Assembly: GCA_015233115.1 (NCBI GenBank)
Contig: JADFYJ010000012.1
Coordinates: forward strand, 15,557-79,556
DNA: 64,000 bases
Reading direction: 5' to 3'
From: Candidatus Omnitrophota bacterium
GTDB taxonomy: Bacteria; Omnitrophota; Gorgyraeia; Zapsychrales; Zapsychraceae
Position numbers and translations under genes: made by a program. Below the pieces are notes generated by a model. The model saw only the letters and a program-made list of their open reading frames with translations. It was not told where the DNA came from and searched no databases. The number at the start of each line of letters is the position of its first letter. Positions within the stretch are counted from its first letter, which is position 1. Below are positions 27,040-36,494 of the stretch, piece after piece.

Positions 27040-28500
27040 TTAAAGAACCGACTCCCTGGCTTGTAAAATTAGTTCCGTTCTTAGAGAATACAAAGATTTT
27101 TCTATGCCGACCGGGTACTGATGCGGGTTGATAAAACGTTTGACGCCGGAATGGAAACCTCCCAAACTTTTTTGAGCCAGATCTCTGATCGTGCCGATGT
27201 GGGGCAAATTATAAACACTTTTTCCCTGACGGAAAACCGGTTTTAGTAAATCTTCATGTTCGGTATCTGCCGCGATCCGCTTTTGCCGGGTCATATCCAG
27301 AGGATCAACCATGACGCACCCATCTTTTAAATCCGTTTTATCATCGTAAATGACATCCGCGATATATTCCCCTTTCCGCTGATAACGCCTGACCTGCTGG
27401 ATACCCGGATTGGAAACTTTAATCACCTGTTCAGAAACTTTCACCTTATATTGCCAAGCGCCTCCGGCATCACGGATCGCCGCCAATTTGTAAACACCGC
27501 CTAACGCCGGCTGATCATAAGCTGTGATCAATTTTGTTCCCACGCCCCAGACATTAATTTTGCCGCCCTGATCTTTGATGCTTTGAATAATATTTTCATC
27601 CAGATCATTCGTCGCGACAATCTTCGCTTTGGAAAATCCTGCCTCATCCAATAATTTTCTCGCCTCAACACTTAAATAAGCCAAATCACCGGAATCGAGC
27701 CTGATCCCGATCATCTCGTGGCCGTTTTCGCGGAGCCATTTTCCCACTTCAATGGCCCGTCTTACGCCCTCTAACGTGTCATAAGTATCGACGAGAAAAA
27801 TACAATTGTTCGGCATGGTTTTCGCGTAAGATTTAAAAGCCTCCAGTTCTTCGTCGAAAGACATGATCCAACTGTGCGCATGCGTTCCTCTCACCGGAAT
27901 ACCAAACATTTTCCCAGCCAGAACATTGGAGGTTGCCGCGCATCCGCCGATATAAGCAGCTCTGGACGCGGCTAAAGCGCCATCAAAGCCCTGCGCCCGC
28001 CTTAATCCAAATTCAAGGACCGGTTCTCCCTGAGCCGCTAAACATATTCTGGCGGCTTTGGTCGCGATCAGACTTTGAAAATTGATAATATTTAAAAGCG
28101 CGCTCTCTAAAATCTGACAATGAATGAGCGGGCCTTTTACCCTTATTAACGGTTCATGCGGCAGAACAATAGTCCCCTCAGGAATAGCGTCAATATCACA
28201 AGACAAATCCATTTTTCCGAGAAAGGAAAGAAAATCTTCTTCAAACAACGGCTTATCGTCATTGCCCTTTAAAGTACGGAGATAATTAATGTCGGACGAT
28301 TCAAACTTAAAATCTTTAAGAAAGTCCACCACATATTCCAACCCGCACGCAATCGTAAACCCGCCTTTAAAAGGATGCTGTCTAAAAAATAAATTAAAAA
28401 CCGCCTCCTTCTGCCCCATGCCTGCTTTCCAATACCCATAAGCCATGGTCAATTCGTATAAATCAGTCAATAGGGCTAGGGATTGCTGAGATTTATTCAT
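27040..28500 (-). CDS. pncB: Nicotinate phosphoribosyltransferase
   Basis: 486 aa, NAPRTase family signatures throughout (LTDLYELTMAYGYWK..., HAHSWIM). Confidence 0.85.
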   Translation of the reverse strand: MNKSQQSLALLTDLYELTMAYGYWKAGMGQKEAVFNLFFRQHPFKGGFTIACGLEYVVDFLKDFKFESSDINYLRTLKGNDDKPLFEEDFLSFLGKMDLSCDIDAIPEGTIVLPHEPLIRVKGPLIHCQILESALLNIINFQSLIATKAARICLAAQGEPVLEFGLRRAQGFDGALAASRAAYIGGCAATSNVLAGKMFGIPVRGTHAHSWIMSFDEELEAFKSYAKTMPNNCIFLVDTYDTLEGVRRAIEVGKWLRENGHEMIGIRLDSGDLAYLSVEARKLLDEAGFSKAKIVATNDLDENIIQSIKDQGGKINVWGVGTKLITAYDQPALGGVYKLAAIRDAGGAWQYKVKVSEQVIKVSNPGIQQVRRYQRKGEYIADVIYDDKTDLKDGCVMVDPLDMTRQKRIAADTEHEDLLKPVFRQGKSVYNLPHIGTIRDLAQKSLGGFHSGVKRFINPHQYPVGIEKSLYSLRTELILQARESVL

Positions 28501-28543
28501 GATGCGTCCTCTCTAATAAACTTTCAAGTAAAAGTATATTTGT

Positions 28544-28576
28544 GCCATTTTACCAAAAAATCACATGACTTGTAAA
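28544..28576 (-). promoter_or_regulatory. Putative sigma70 promoter of pncB-pncA
   Basis: On the minus strand: TTTACA, an 18-nt spacer, then TAAAAT, about 45 nt upstream of the GAGAGGA SD and ATG 28500. Confidence 0.3.
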
Positions 28577-28627
28577 ATAAATAGGGGAACGAGTATTAAT
28601 TTTCGAAAAAGACATGTTGACTGGAAT

Positions 28628-28962
28628 GCGACTAGATTGCCTTCGGCTTCGCCTGCGGATTGATTGCTTTTCTAAACTTACGTTTTGGAAGCAATCAATA
28701 GAACTCGCAAAATCCTACGGATTTTTGCGAAGCAATCTGTGGGCCAGCACCAAATATAAAAGCCCCCTCTCAAAAGAGGGGTAACATTTGAATTTTAACT
28801 CGATTTCGACTCGATTACCTTCGGCTTCGCCTGCGGATTGATTGCTTTTCTAAACTTACGTTTTGGAAGCAATCAATAGAACTCGCAAAATCCTACGGAT
28901 TTTTGCGAAGCAATCTGTGGGCCAGCACCAAATATAAAAGCCCCCTCTCAAAAGAGGGGGCT
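28628..28962. repeat. Perfect tandem duplication (period 178 nt; ~156-nt unit plus 22-nt spacer) of a hairpin-rich element, each unit ending in a terminator-like hairpin.
   Basis: Units 28628-28783 and 28806-28961 are identical over ~145 nt (ccttcggcttcgcctgcggattgattgcttt...gccccctctcaaaagagggg). Internal 11-bp stem gattgattgctt/aagcaatcaat and stem cgcaaaatcc/ggatttttgcg. Confidence 0.7.
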
Positions 28963-28971
28963 TTTATATTT
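28931..28971. terminator. Bidirectional intrinsic terminator after tRNA-Asp
   Basis: gccccctc-tcaaaa-gagggggc stem-loop with U-runs on both strands (ttttatattt), immediately 3' of the tRNA-Asp CCA end. Confidence 0.6.
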
Positions 28972-29048
28972 GGCGGACCCGACGAGATTTGAACTCGCGA
29001 TCTCAAGCGTGACAAGCTTGCATGTTAACCAGACTACACCACGGGTCC
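28971..29048 (-). tRNA. tRNA-Asp (anticodon GTC), CCA encoded
   Basis: Cloverleaf folded by hand: acceptor GGACCCG/CGGGTCC, anticodon stem CAAGC/GCTTG with loop TTGTCAC, T-loop TTCAAAT. 78 nt. Confidence 0.85.
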
Positions 29049-29075
29049 TGATATTTGTTCACTAGAGCGATTAAA

Positions 29076-29148
29076 TGGGCGGTGCTGGGCTCGAACCAAC
29101 GGCCGCCTGAATGTAAGTCAGGAGCTCTACCAACTGAGCTAACCGCCC
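29076..29148 (-). tRNA. tRNA-Val (anticodon TAC), CCA not encoded
   Basis: Acceptor GGGCGGT/ACCGCCC, D-arm GCTC-AGTTGGTA-GAGC, anticodon stem CCTGA/TCAGG with loop CTTACAT, T-loop TTCGAGC. 73 nt. Confidence 0.85.
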
Positions 29149-29231
29149 TAAAATTTTTCTATTGTTTTAGCAAACCACTACTTCCCAAAACGTGCGATAT
29201 ATTACAATATAAAACTTTTCCTGTCAATACC

Positions 29232-29630
29232 CTATTCCCACACAGCCTGTTTATAATATTTATGAATCCGTTCGTCCTTAGTCAACAATTTATGCCTATT
29301 AATCGCCGCTTGAGCCACAATAATTCTATCAAACGGGTCTCTGGTCCAGAAATGCGGCAATCCTTCTAAAATAATTTCATTAAAACCCGCCTCATCAATC
29401 TTCAACCCCACAGTTTCCTTAAGAACATTGATAATTTTTAAAGACTTGTCCGTAATTTTTTGAACTTCCTGGAGATATTGCAATTCGAGCATAACTATAG
29501 GCGAGATGACTAATTCATTATCTTCAAGCAAAGCTTTCGCTTTCTCACTCAACAATTTCACTTCACCATAATAAAGCCAAACAATAACGTGGGTATCGAG
29601 ATGGATTATCCGTTCCATTCTGATGTCCAA
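29232..29630 (-). CDS. vapC: PIN-domain ribonuclease toxin (VapC-like)
   Basis: 132 aa. LDTHVIVW...ISPIVMLEL...TRDPFDRIIVAQA PIN acidic-residue motifs. Confidence 0.7.
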   Translation of the reverse strand: MDIRMERIIHLDTHVIVWLYYGEVKLLSEKAKALLEDNELVISPIVMLELQYLQEVQKITDKSLKIINVLKETVGLKIDEAGFNEIILEGLPHFWTRDPFDRIIVAQAAINRHKLLTKDERIHKYYKQAVWE

Positions 29631-29824
29631 TCTAAATGAACAAGATCTTCGGGCTTCCCTTTTAACCCCGAACGTTTTTTTAAATGAGCCAATTTCTTTA
29701 TTTTTACCTCAGGAACAATCTTAAACCGCCGCCCCTTTCCCCCTATTTCTAAAGGAATACCGGTTTCAGCTATGCGATCCAAAAGTTTATAAATGTTCTG
29801 TCGAAAATGTGACGTTGTCATCAT
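29606..29824 (-). CDS. Phd/YefM-like antitoxin partner of the PIN toxin
   Basis: Start at ATG 29824 (SD AAGAGGA). Small protein MMTTSHFRQNIYKLLDRIAETGIPLEI... Overlaps the toxin start by 25 nt. Confidence 0.5.
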   Translation of the reverse strand: MMTTSHFRQNIYKLLDRIAETGIPLEIGGKGRRFKIVPEVKIKKLAHLKKRSGLKGKPEDLVHLDWTSEWNG

Positions 29825-29901
29825 GCTCTCATCCTCTTTTCTCACTCAAGGATAACAGCAAAAACGTACGTTGTCAAATATAAGGCGTACGTATTAGAAG
29901 G

Positions 29902-30627
29902 CTACACTGCAGGAGCCGCTTCAATCTCCCCCAGAATATCTTTCGCGGCCTGCACCGGATCTTTCGCATTTAATATCGGCCTTCCTACCACTAAATAATT
30001 ACTACCATTGCTAATCGCATCAAACGGCGTGGTAATTCTTTTTTGATCGCCCGCATCCGCGCCTTTCGGCCGTATGCCCGGAGTCACAATCACAAAATCT
30101 TGACCTAATTCATGACGCAGTAAAGCCGCCTCCTGACTCGACGCTACTACTCCATCCAGCCCCGCTTTCTTAGCTAATTGCGCCCGCTCCAAAACTAAAC
30201 TTGCCACCCCTTCGGTTTTTCCATCACTGGTTAAAACCGTTATTCCAACGATTAACGGTTTAATAACCCCCAATTGAAATGACATGTCGCGCGCGGCTTC
30301 TGCCGCCCGTTTCATCATTTCTACGCCGCCTTGTGTATGAACGGTGCACATAAAAATCGAATTTTGATTCTCGCCAATTTTAGCCATCTGAATAGCTGAC
30401 CCGACCGCGCTCGCGACAGTATTGGGGATATCATGAAATTTCAAATCCAAAAAAACTTTTTTCCCCTGACTTAACACATAACGCACTACCTCAGGCCCGC
30501 ACGCCGTAAAAAGCTGACTGCCGATTTTATAGATATCGACCACATCTTTCAACCGATTAATAACATCCTTGGCTTCTTCAAGCGTATACACGTCAAGAGC
30601 GAGAATTAATTTGTCTTTTGCTGTCAT
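29902..30627 (-). CDS. pyrF: Orotidine 5'-phosphate decarboxylase
   Basis: 241 aa. LILALDV...DLKFHDIPNT OMPdecase signatures. Confidence 0.9.
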   Translation of the reverse strand: MTAKDKLILALDVYTLEEAKDVINRLKDVVDIYKIGSQLFTACGPEVVRYVLSQGKKVFLDLKFHDIPNTVASAVGSAIQMAKIGENQNSIFMCTVHTQGGVEMMKRAAEAARDMSFQLGVIKPLIVGITVLTSDGKTEGVASLVLERAQLAKKAGLDGVVASSQEAALLRHELGQDFVIVTPGIRPKGADAGDQKRITTPFDAISNGSNYLVVGRPILNAKDPVQAAKDILGEIEAAPAV

Positions 30628-30640
30628 CAGATTTTCCCCT

Positions 30641-30686
30641 CATCCCTGCTCACGCAGGACCCCTTCTCCCCAGAGGGGAGAAGAAA
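30641..30686. repeat. GC-rich hairpin element (CCCCTCATCCCTGC...CTTCTCCCC-AGA-GGGGAGAAG) in the pyrD-pyrF spacer
   Basis: 9-bp perfect stem with a 3-nt loop plus an inner cctgc/gcagg hairpin. A close relative lies in-frame inside CDS 22467..25397 at 25226-25261. Confidence 0.55.
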
Positions 30687-30709
30687 TATCTTATATTTAT
30701 ATTTTATTC

Positions 30710-31621
30710 TTATTTTATAAACCCAATCAAATCTTTTATGTCATTTATTTTATGTTTACGCATGTAGACTTTAATGCCATCTAAAACTTTAATAGCTGTA
30801 TTCGGATCAATAAAACTCATCGTACCAACCGCGACCATGGTGGCTCCGGCGATTAAAAATTGCAACGCGTCTTCCGCGTTGGATATGCCGCCCATGGCCA
30901 TGATAGGGATTTTAATTCGTTGCGCGGTTTGATAAACCATATTGACCGCTATCGGACGGATCGCAGGGCCGCTTAAACCTCCCGTAAAATTTCCGATCAT
31001 GGATTTGCGTTTTTCCACGTCAATCACCATCGCCTGAAAAGTATTCACCATGCTGACCGCGTCAGCGCCTGCCGCTTCTGCCGCAGCCGCGATATCCGCG
31101 ATACTGGTGACGTTGGGTGACAATTTAGCAATAATAGGCTGATTCACAATTTTTCTGACCAAAGCCACAACCTGCTGAGTCGCTCCGGCATCTTGCGCCA
31201 CCAAAACTTTATGTTTTAAATTGGGGCAGGATAAATTCAGCTCAATGGCAGACACAGACGATAAACCGGCTAATTTTTCCGCCATAATTTGAAACTCTTC
31301 GTCGCTTTTTCCTGAAATACTGACAATCACTGGCACGCCGATTTTCGCATACATGGACAATTTATTTTCGATAAACGCGTCAATGCCGTCATTTTCAATG
31401 CCGATCGCGTTGACCATGCCTGACGGGGTTTCAACAATGCGCGGCGGCAGATTACCCTGTTGAGGAAGCAAAGTCACTGTTTTAGGAACAATCGCGCCTA
31501 ATTGTTTGGCCGCTTTAAGATCCCAACATTCCCCCACAGCGCCAAATGTTCCGGACGCCACAGTGACAGGATTAGAAAATTTTAAATTAGCAATTTTAAC
31601 GGATAAATTCATATTCACCAC
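30710..31621 (-). CDS. pyrD: Dihydroorotate dehydrogenase (class 1B catalytic subunit)
   Basis: 303 aa, a FMN-binding TIM-barrel with DHOD family motifs. Confidence 0.9.
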   Translation of the reverse strand: MVNMNLSVKIANLKFSNPVTVASGTFGAVGECWDLKAAKQLGAIVPKTVTLLPQQGNLPPRIVETPSGMVNAIGIENDGIDAFIENKLSMYAKIGVPVIVSISGKSDEEFQIMAEKLAGLSSVSAIELNLSCPNLKHKVLVAQDAGATQQVVALVRKIVNQPIIAKLSPNVTSIADIAAAAEAAGADAVSMVNTFQAMVIDVEKRKSMIGNFTGGLSGPAIRPIAVNMVYQTAQRIKIPIMAMGGISNAEDALQFLIAGATMVAVGTMSFIDPNTAIKVLDGIKVYMRKHKINDIKDLIGFIK

Positions 31622-32394
31622 ACGATTTCATGTAAATCAAATACTGGGCCGTCATGGCACACAGTTTTATAACCCGCTGTCGTCTTAACCACACAACCTA
31701 AACATACGCCTACGCCGCAGGCCATGACTTCTTCGCAGGAGCATTGACCTTTTAATCCGTGCTCTTGCGCGAATTTTTGAACGGAGGCCATCATGGGGCG
31801 GGGTCCGCAGGTATAAAGCATGGTTGTGTCAGGATTTATTTCAATTTTATCAAATAGTTCAGATACCCGGCCTTTCACGCCAACAGACCCGTCATCCGTT
31901 GAAATAAAAACTTTACACCCGTTCTTTTTAAACTCAGCCATATTAAAGGTAAATTCTTTTGACCTGCCGCCGTAAAGTAAAAGCAAATCATGCCCGCGGT
32001 TTTTTAAAGCATCGGATAAAGCCATAAACGGCGCCACGCCTATTCCTCCGCCGATCATCACGACTTGTTTAATTTTTTTAGCAGGTAAAGTAAATGCTGT
32101 TCCCAGCGGACCCATCACATCCAGCATCGCGCCTTTAACTTGAGAGGACAAAATCCCTGTGCCTTTTCCCCTGACCTCATAAAAAATTTCCACAGCTTTC
32201 TGACTACGGAACACGCTAAAAGGCCGGCGGAAAAACGGCTCTAAGCTCTCTTGTATCCTCACCTCTACAAATTGGCCCGGCTTAACTTGCGCGGCTAATT
32301 TTCCGTGTTCAAGGACCAGATGATACAATTTATCTGTAATTTTTTTATTGGATATGATTTTGAGTTGATGTTGAATTTTCATAATATTTGACAT
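31615..32394 (-). CDS. pyrK: Dihydroorotate dehydrogenase electron-transfer subunit
   Basis: 259 aa. FAD/NAD-binding domain and a C-terminal 2Fe-2S cysteine cluster (CGVGVCLGCVV...C). Confidence 0.85.
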   Translation of the reverse strand: MSNIMKIQHQLKIISNKKITDKLYHLVLEHGKLAAQVKPGQFVEVRIQESLEPFFRRPFSVFRSQKAVEIFYEVRGKGTGILSSQVKGAMLDVMGPLGTAFTLPAKKIKQVVMIGGGIGVAPFMALSDALKNRGHDLLLLYGGRSKEFTFNMAEFKKNGCKVFISTDDGSVGVKGRVSELFDKIEINPDTTMLYTCGPRPMMASVQKFAQEHGLKGQCSCEEVMACGVGVCLGCVVKTTAGYKTVCHDGPVFDLHEIVW

Positions 32395-33209
32395 TTCTCA
32401 CAATAAAACGTACTGCGCTGGGCTTGGACTATTTTCTTAATGAGTTGGCCGCATTTCAGACACGGCTTCCCACCCCGTCCGTAAACTTTCAGACGTCCGG
32501 CGAATTGGCCGTGTTCGCCTGACGCGTCGCGGTAATTCCGCAGGGTTGTCCCCCGATGCAAAACCGCGTATTCCAAAATTTTCTTAACCGCCTTTACCAG
32601 CAAGCTGATTTGCGCCGGCTTTAAAGAACAAGCCGTTGTCCGCGGATCAATTTTCGCCTCAAACAAAATCTCCGACGCGTAAATGTTTCCGATCCCTGCC
32701 ACAAATTTCCCGTCCATTAATAAAACTTTAACCGCGATCCGCCGTCCGGCAATATTTTTTTCAACATAATCTTTATTAAAATCTGCCAATAACGGCTCAG
32801 GGCCCAAAGATCGAAAATATTTTACTTCATCTAAACTCCCGGCTAAACGTATCCGTCCGAACATGCGCTGATCATTATAAATTAACTTCGCGCCATTAGA
32901 AAGCTTAAATATAACTTTGGCAAATTTTACATCATCCCCATCTTGAGCATTTTCCCGCGCTGGAACCAAAACTAACTGTCCGGTCATACCCAGCTGAATG
33001 ATCAAAAATAATTTATCCAGTTCAAATACCAGCGCTTTACCTCGCCGGTAAATATTTAAAATGTGTAATTTTTTTAATCGGTAAGATAATTGTGCGGAAG
33101 TCATTCCACCGCAAACTCTTTGTTCATTGACCTGCACAGATACAATGGTCTGCCCAACAATTTTCCGCAAATCCCGCGCGATCGTCTCTACTTCAGGAAG
33201 TTCTGGCAT
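32379..33209 (-). CDS. mutM: Formamidopyrimidine-DNA glycosylase (Fpg/MutM)
   Basis: Real start at ATG 33209 (MPELPEVETIARDL, SD AGGGGA). C-terminal zinc finger CLKCGQ...CEKCQ. The track start 33341 is an upstream extension. Confidence 0.8.
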   Translation of the reverse strand: MPELPEVETIARDLRKIVGQTIVSVQVNEQRVCGGMTSAQLSYRLKKLHILNIYRRGKALVFELDKLFLIIQLGMTGQLVLVPARENAQDGDDVKFAKVIFKLSNGAKLIYNDQRMFGRIRLAGSLDEVKYFRSLGPEPLLADFNKDYVEKNIAGRRIAVKVLLMDGKFVAGIGNIYASEILFEAKIDPRTTACSLKPAQISLLVKAVKKILEYAVLHRGTTLRNYRDASGEHGQFAGRLKVYGRGGKPCLKCGQLIKKIVQAQRSTFYCEKCQIL

Positions 33210-33290
33210 GTTCTGTCCCCTATAAAAAGCTTCTAATCTTATATGACCAATATAATGTAGCAGTGTAACAATGTGACAATGCCAAGAACA

Positions 33291-33320
33291 AAAAATGCAA
33301 AGCGGGGCAAGTGCATTTTT
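33291..33320 (-). terminator. Terminator/attenuator-like hairpin between pyrC and mutM
   Basis: aaaaatgca / tgcattttt 9-bp stem, followed on the minus strand by ttgttcttgg. Confidence 0.35.
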
Positions 33321-33490
33321 GCTCGTTCGCATAATTTCCAAATTATATTTTTAAAATTAATTATCATTCCGCTTTTTCTGCTTTAAGTTTTTTCCTGAAT
33401 TCCCTTTTAAACTCCGTGTCACCGATAAACCTTCCCCGGGCATTTATCATGATAAGTTGAAAGGATCACATGATGGGCACTGCTAAACAA

Positions 33491-34771
33491 TTACTCTACG
33501 TTATATACCACATTTCCGCCGCAAATAGTGGCTAAAACTAGTCCTTTTAATGTCTTCCCTATAAAAGGAGAGTTTTTTGATTTGGACGCAAAACCCGCCG
33601 CTTTCACCTGCCACGGAGCCTCGGAATCAAAAACCGTTAAATCCGCGTCCATGCCTTCAGCTATTTTGCCTTTAGCAGAAAGGCCGGTTATTTTTGCCGG
33701 AGATGCGGACATTTTGTCAATCAGCTGGGGTAACGTTAAAATTTTAGCGTCTACCAACTCAGTAATTCCCAGCCCAAACGCGGTTTCCAGGCCAATCATG
33801 CCTGAAGGAGCCTGATCGAAATCCAATTCTTTTTCCTCCTGGCTATGCGGGGCATGATCAGTCGCTATACAATCTATTGTCCCATCTTTTAATCCGCGCT
33901 TAATCTCAGCCACATCTTCTTCCGAACGCAGAGGCGGTTTGACTTTCAAATTCGTGTTAAAAGATCTGATCTCTTTTTCCGTCAATGAAAAATGATGCGG
34001 ACACGCTTCCGCTGAAACTTTCACGCCATCCGTTTTCGCGCGGCGGATCAATTCAACTGAACGCTTGGTGCTCACATGCGCGAAATGAATACGGCAATCC
34101 AAATAATGCGCCAGCTCTATATCCCGGCTGATAATGGTGGTTTCCGACACTGCCGGATCGCCTTTCATGCCCAACAATGTAGAAAAATAGCCTTCATTGA
34201 CTACTCCCGTTTTACTGAGCAAAGGATCTTCACAATGCTCAGAAATCAAAATACCAACCATCTGACTGTATTGCAAAGCCATACGCATTAAGTGCGAATT
34301 ATGAACTGATTTCCCATCGTCAGATAACATCAGGCAGCCCGCCCTGCGCATTTCAAACATATCGGTTAATTCTTCATCCTGCTGTCCTTTGGTGATAGCG
34401 CCAACTGGGTAAACATTTACCAGCCCAACCCGCTTGCCTTCTCTAATGATAAAATCCACCAAAGCGATATTATCAATCGGGGGCTTGGTATTCGGCATGC
34501 AAAATACCGACGTAAACCCGCCTTTAGCCGCTGCCGCGGAACCGGTTTCAATGGTCTCTTTGTATTCCTGCCCGGGCTGACGGAAATGAGCGTGAAGATC
34601 TATGAAGCCAGGAGAAACGAATTTCCCCTTGGCATCAATAATGTCGGCCCCATCACTCTTTAAGTTTTCACCGATTTTTACAATTTTCCCGTCTTGAATC
34701 AGTATATCTTTAATCCGGTCATCTATCCCATCAGAGTTGACTATTTTCGCGTTTTTGATTAACAACATCAT
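33491..34771 (-). CDS. pyrC: Dihydroorotase
   Basis: 426 aa. Amidohydrolase metal-binding motif DLHAHFRQPG and the DHOase family. Confidence 0.85.
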   Translation of the reverse strand: MMLLIKNAKIVNSDGIDDRIKDILIQDGKIVKIGENLKSDGADIIDAKGKFVSPGFIDLHAHFRQPGQEYKETIETGSAAAAKGGFTSVFCMPNTKPPIDNIALVDFIIREGKRVGLVNVYPVGAITKGQQDEELTDMFEMRRAGCLMLSDDGKSVHNSHLMRMALQYSQMVGILISEHCEDPLLSKTGVVNEGYFSTLLGMKGDPAVSETTIISRDIELAHYLDCRIHFAHVSTKRSVELIRRAKTDGVKVSAEACPHHFSLTEKEIRSFNTNLKVKPPLRSEEDVAEIKRGLKDGTIDCIATDHAPHSQEEKELDFDQAPSGMIGLETAFGLGITELVDAKILTLPQLIDKMSASPAKITGLSAKGKIAEGMDADLTVFDSEAPWQVKAAGFASKSKNSPFIGKTLKGLVLATICGGNVVYNVE

Positions 34772-34811
34772 TTAAAATCCTTTCTGCGTTCTACTCTATA
34801 CTCTGTACTTT

Positions 34812-35738
34812 TTACTCCTTAGCCCCTAACGCCAGATATAATACCGCCATGCGTACAGCTACGCCGTTGGTGACTTGTTCTAAAATTAATGATTGCGGGC
34901 CGTCAGCTACGTCGGAGGAAATTTCTATGCCGCGGTTCATGGGGCCGGGATGCATGATGAGAAGCTCTTTTTTCCCTTTTTTCAATCTTTCCGCATTTAC
35001 ACCGAACTCCATCGCGTATTCTCTAATCGAAGGAAAATAATTTTCTTTTTGCCTTTCTTTTTGAATACGCAGGAGCATTAAGACATCGCTGCGTTTAATC
35101 ACTTCCTCAACGCTATAGCAAACCTTGGCTCCTAATTTTTCAATTCCAAACGGGATCAAAGTTGACGGTCCGCATACCGTGACTTCCACGCCCATTTTCG
35201 TCAAGCCCACCACATTGGAACGGGCCACGCGCGAATGCATGATGTCGCCGACAATTCCCACTTTTATCCCTTCCAGCTTGCCTAATTTTTCTTTAATGGT
35301 AAACATATCCAGAAGAGCCTGCGTTGGATGAGACCGGCAGCCGTCTCCCGCGTTAATAATAGACGATTTTAAATTGTTAGCCAATATCTGCGGCACGCCT
35401 GATGACCCATGCCGCACCACAATCGCGTCCACATTCATGGCTTCCACATTCCGCGCCGTATCTAAAATCGTTTCGCCTTTAGACATCGAGCTAGAACTGA
35501 CCGCGATATTAATCGTGTCCGCGGAAAGCCGCTTGGCTGCCAGCTCAAAAGATGTCCGAGTTCTCGTAGACGGTTCAAAAAATAGCATCACCACAGTTTT
35601 ACCCCTTAAAGCCGGCACTTTTTTAACATCCCGCGAAGACACTTCCTTAAATGATTTGGCTGTATCCAAGACCTGCTGAATTTCCTCTTTGGTCAACTCT
35701 TCTACATCCAGTAAATGACGTTTATTCCATTCCACCAT
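34812..35738 (-). CDS. pyrB: Aspartate carbamoyltransferase catalytic subunit
   Basis: 308 aa. STRTR carbamoyl-phosphate binding motif and an HPGP-type aspartate-binding motif. Confidence 0.9.
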   Translation of the reverse strand: MVEWNKRHLLDVEELTKEEIQQVLDTAKSFKEVSSRDVKKVPALRGKTVVMLFFEPSTRTRTSFELAAKRLSADTINIAVSSSSMSKGETILDTARNVEAMNVDAIVVRHGSSGVPQILANNLKSSIINAGDGCRSHPTQALLDMFTIKEKLGKLEGIKVGIVGDIMHSRVARSNVVGLTKMGVEVTVCGPSTLIPFGIEKLGAKVCYSVEEVIKRSDVLMLLRIQKERQKENYFPSIREYAMEFGVNAERLKKGKKELLIMHPGPMNRGIEISSDVADGPQSLILEQVTNGVAVRMAVLYLALGAKE

Positions 35739-35739
35739 A

Positions 35740-36400
<661 letters not shown>

Positions 36401-36423
36401 AAAAGTTAAACTTCACTTTTAAA

Positions 36424-36452
36424 AATATACCATCTTACAACGGAAAAGTCAA
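36424..36452 (-). promoter_or_regulatory. sigma70-type promoter of the pyr operon
   Basis: Minus strand: TTGACT (36447-36452), 17-nt spacer, TATATT (36424-36429), directly downstream of the giant-gene stop. Confidence 0.5.
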
Positions 36453-36494
36453 AAATTTTTTCTCGTCCGGTGATATGAACTTGATCCTAAAAAC

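Noticed and set aside
28628-28962. Possible CRISPR array
   Set aside because: Only two copies of a long (178-nt) unit, with no unique spacers and no cas genes. This is a tandem duplication of a structured element, not CRISPR.
29055-29369. 104-aa plus-strand ORF (MFTRAIKWAVLGSNQRPPECKSGALPTEL...)
   Set aside because: It is the antisense read-through of tRNA-Val and tRNA-Asp (the GSNQRPPEC..LPTEL peptide is the reverse complement of the tRNA arms). It is not a gene.
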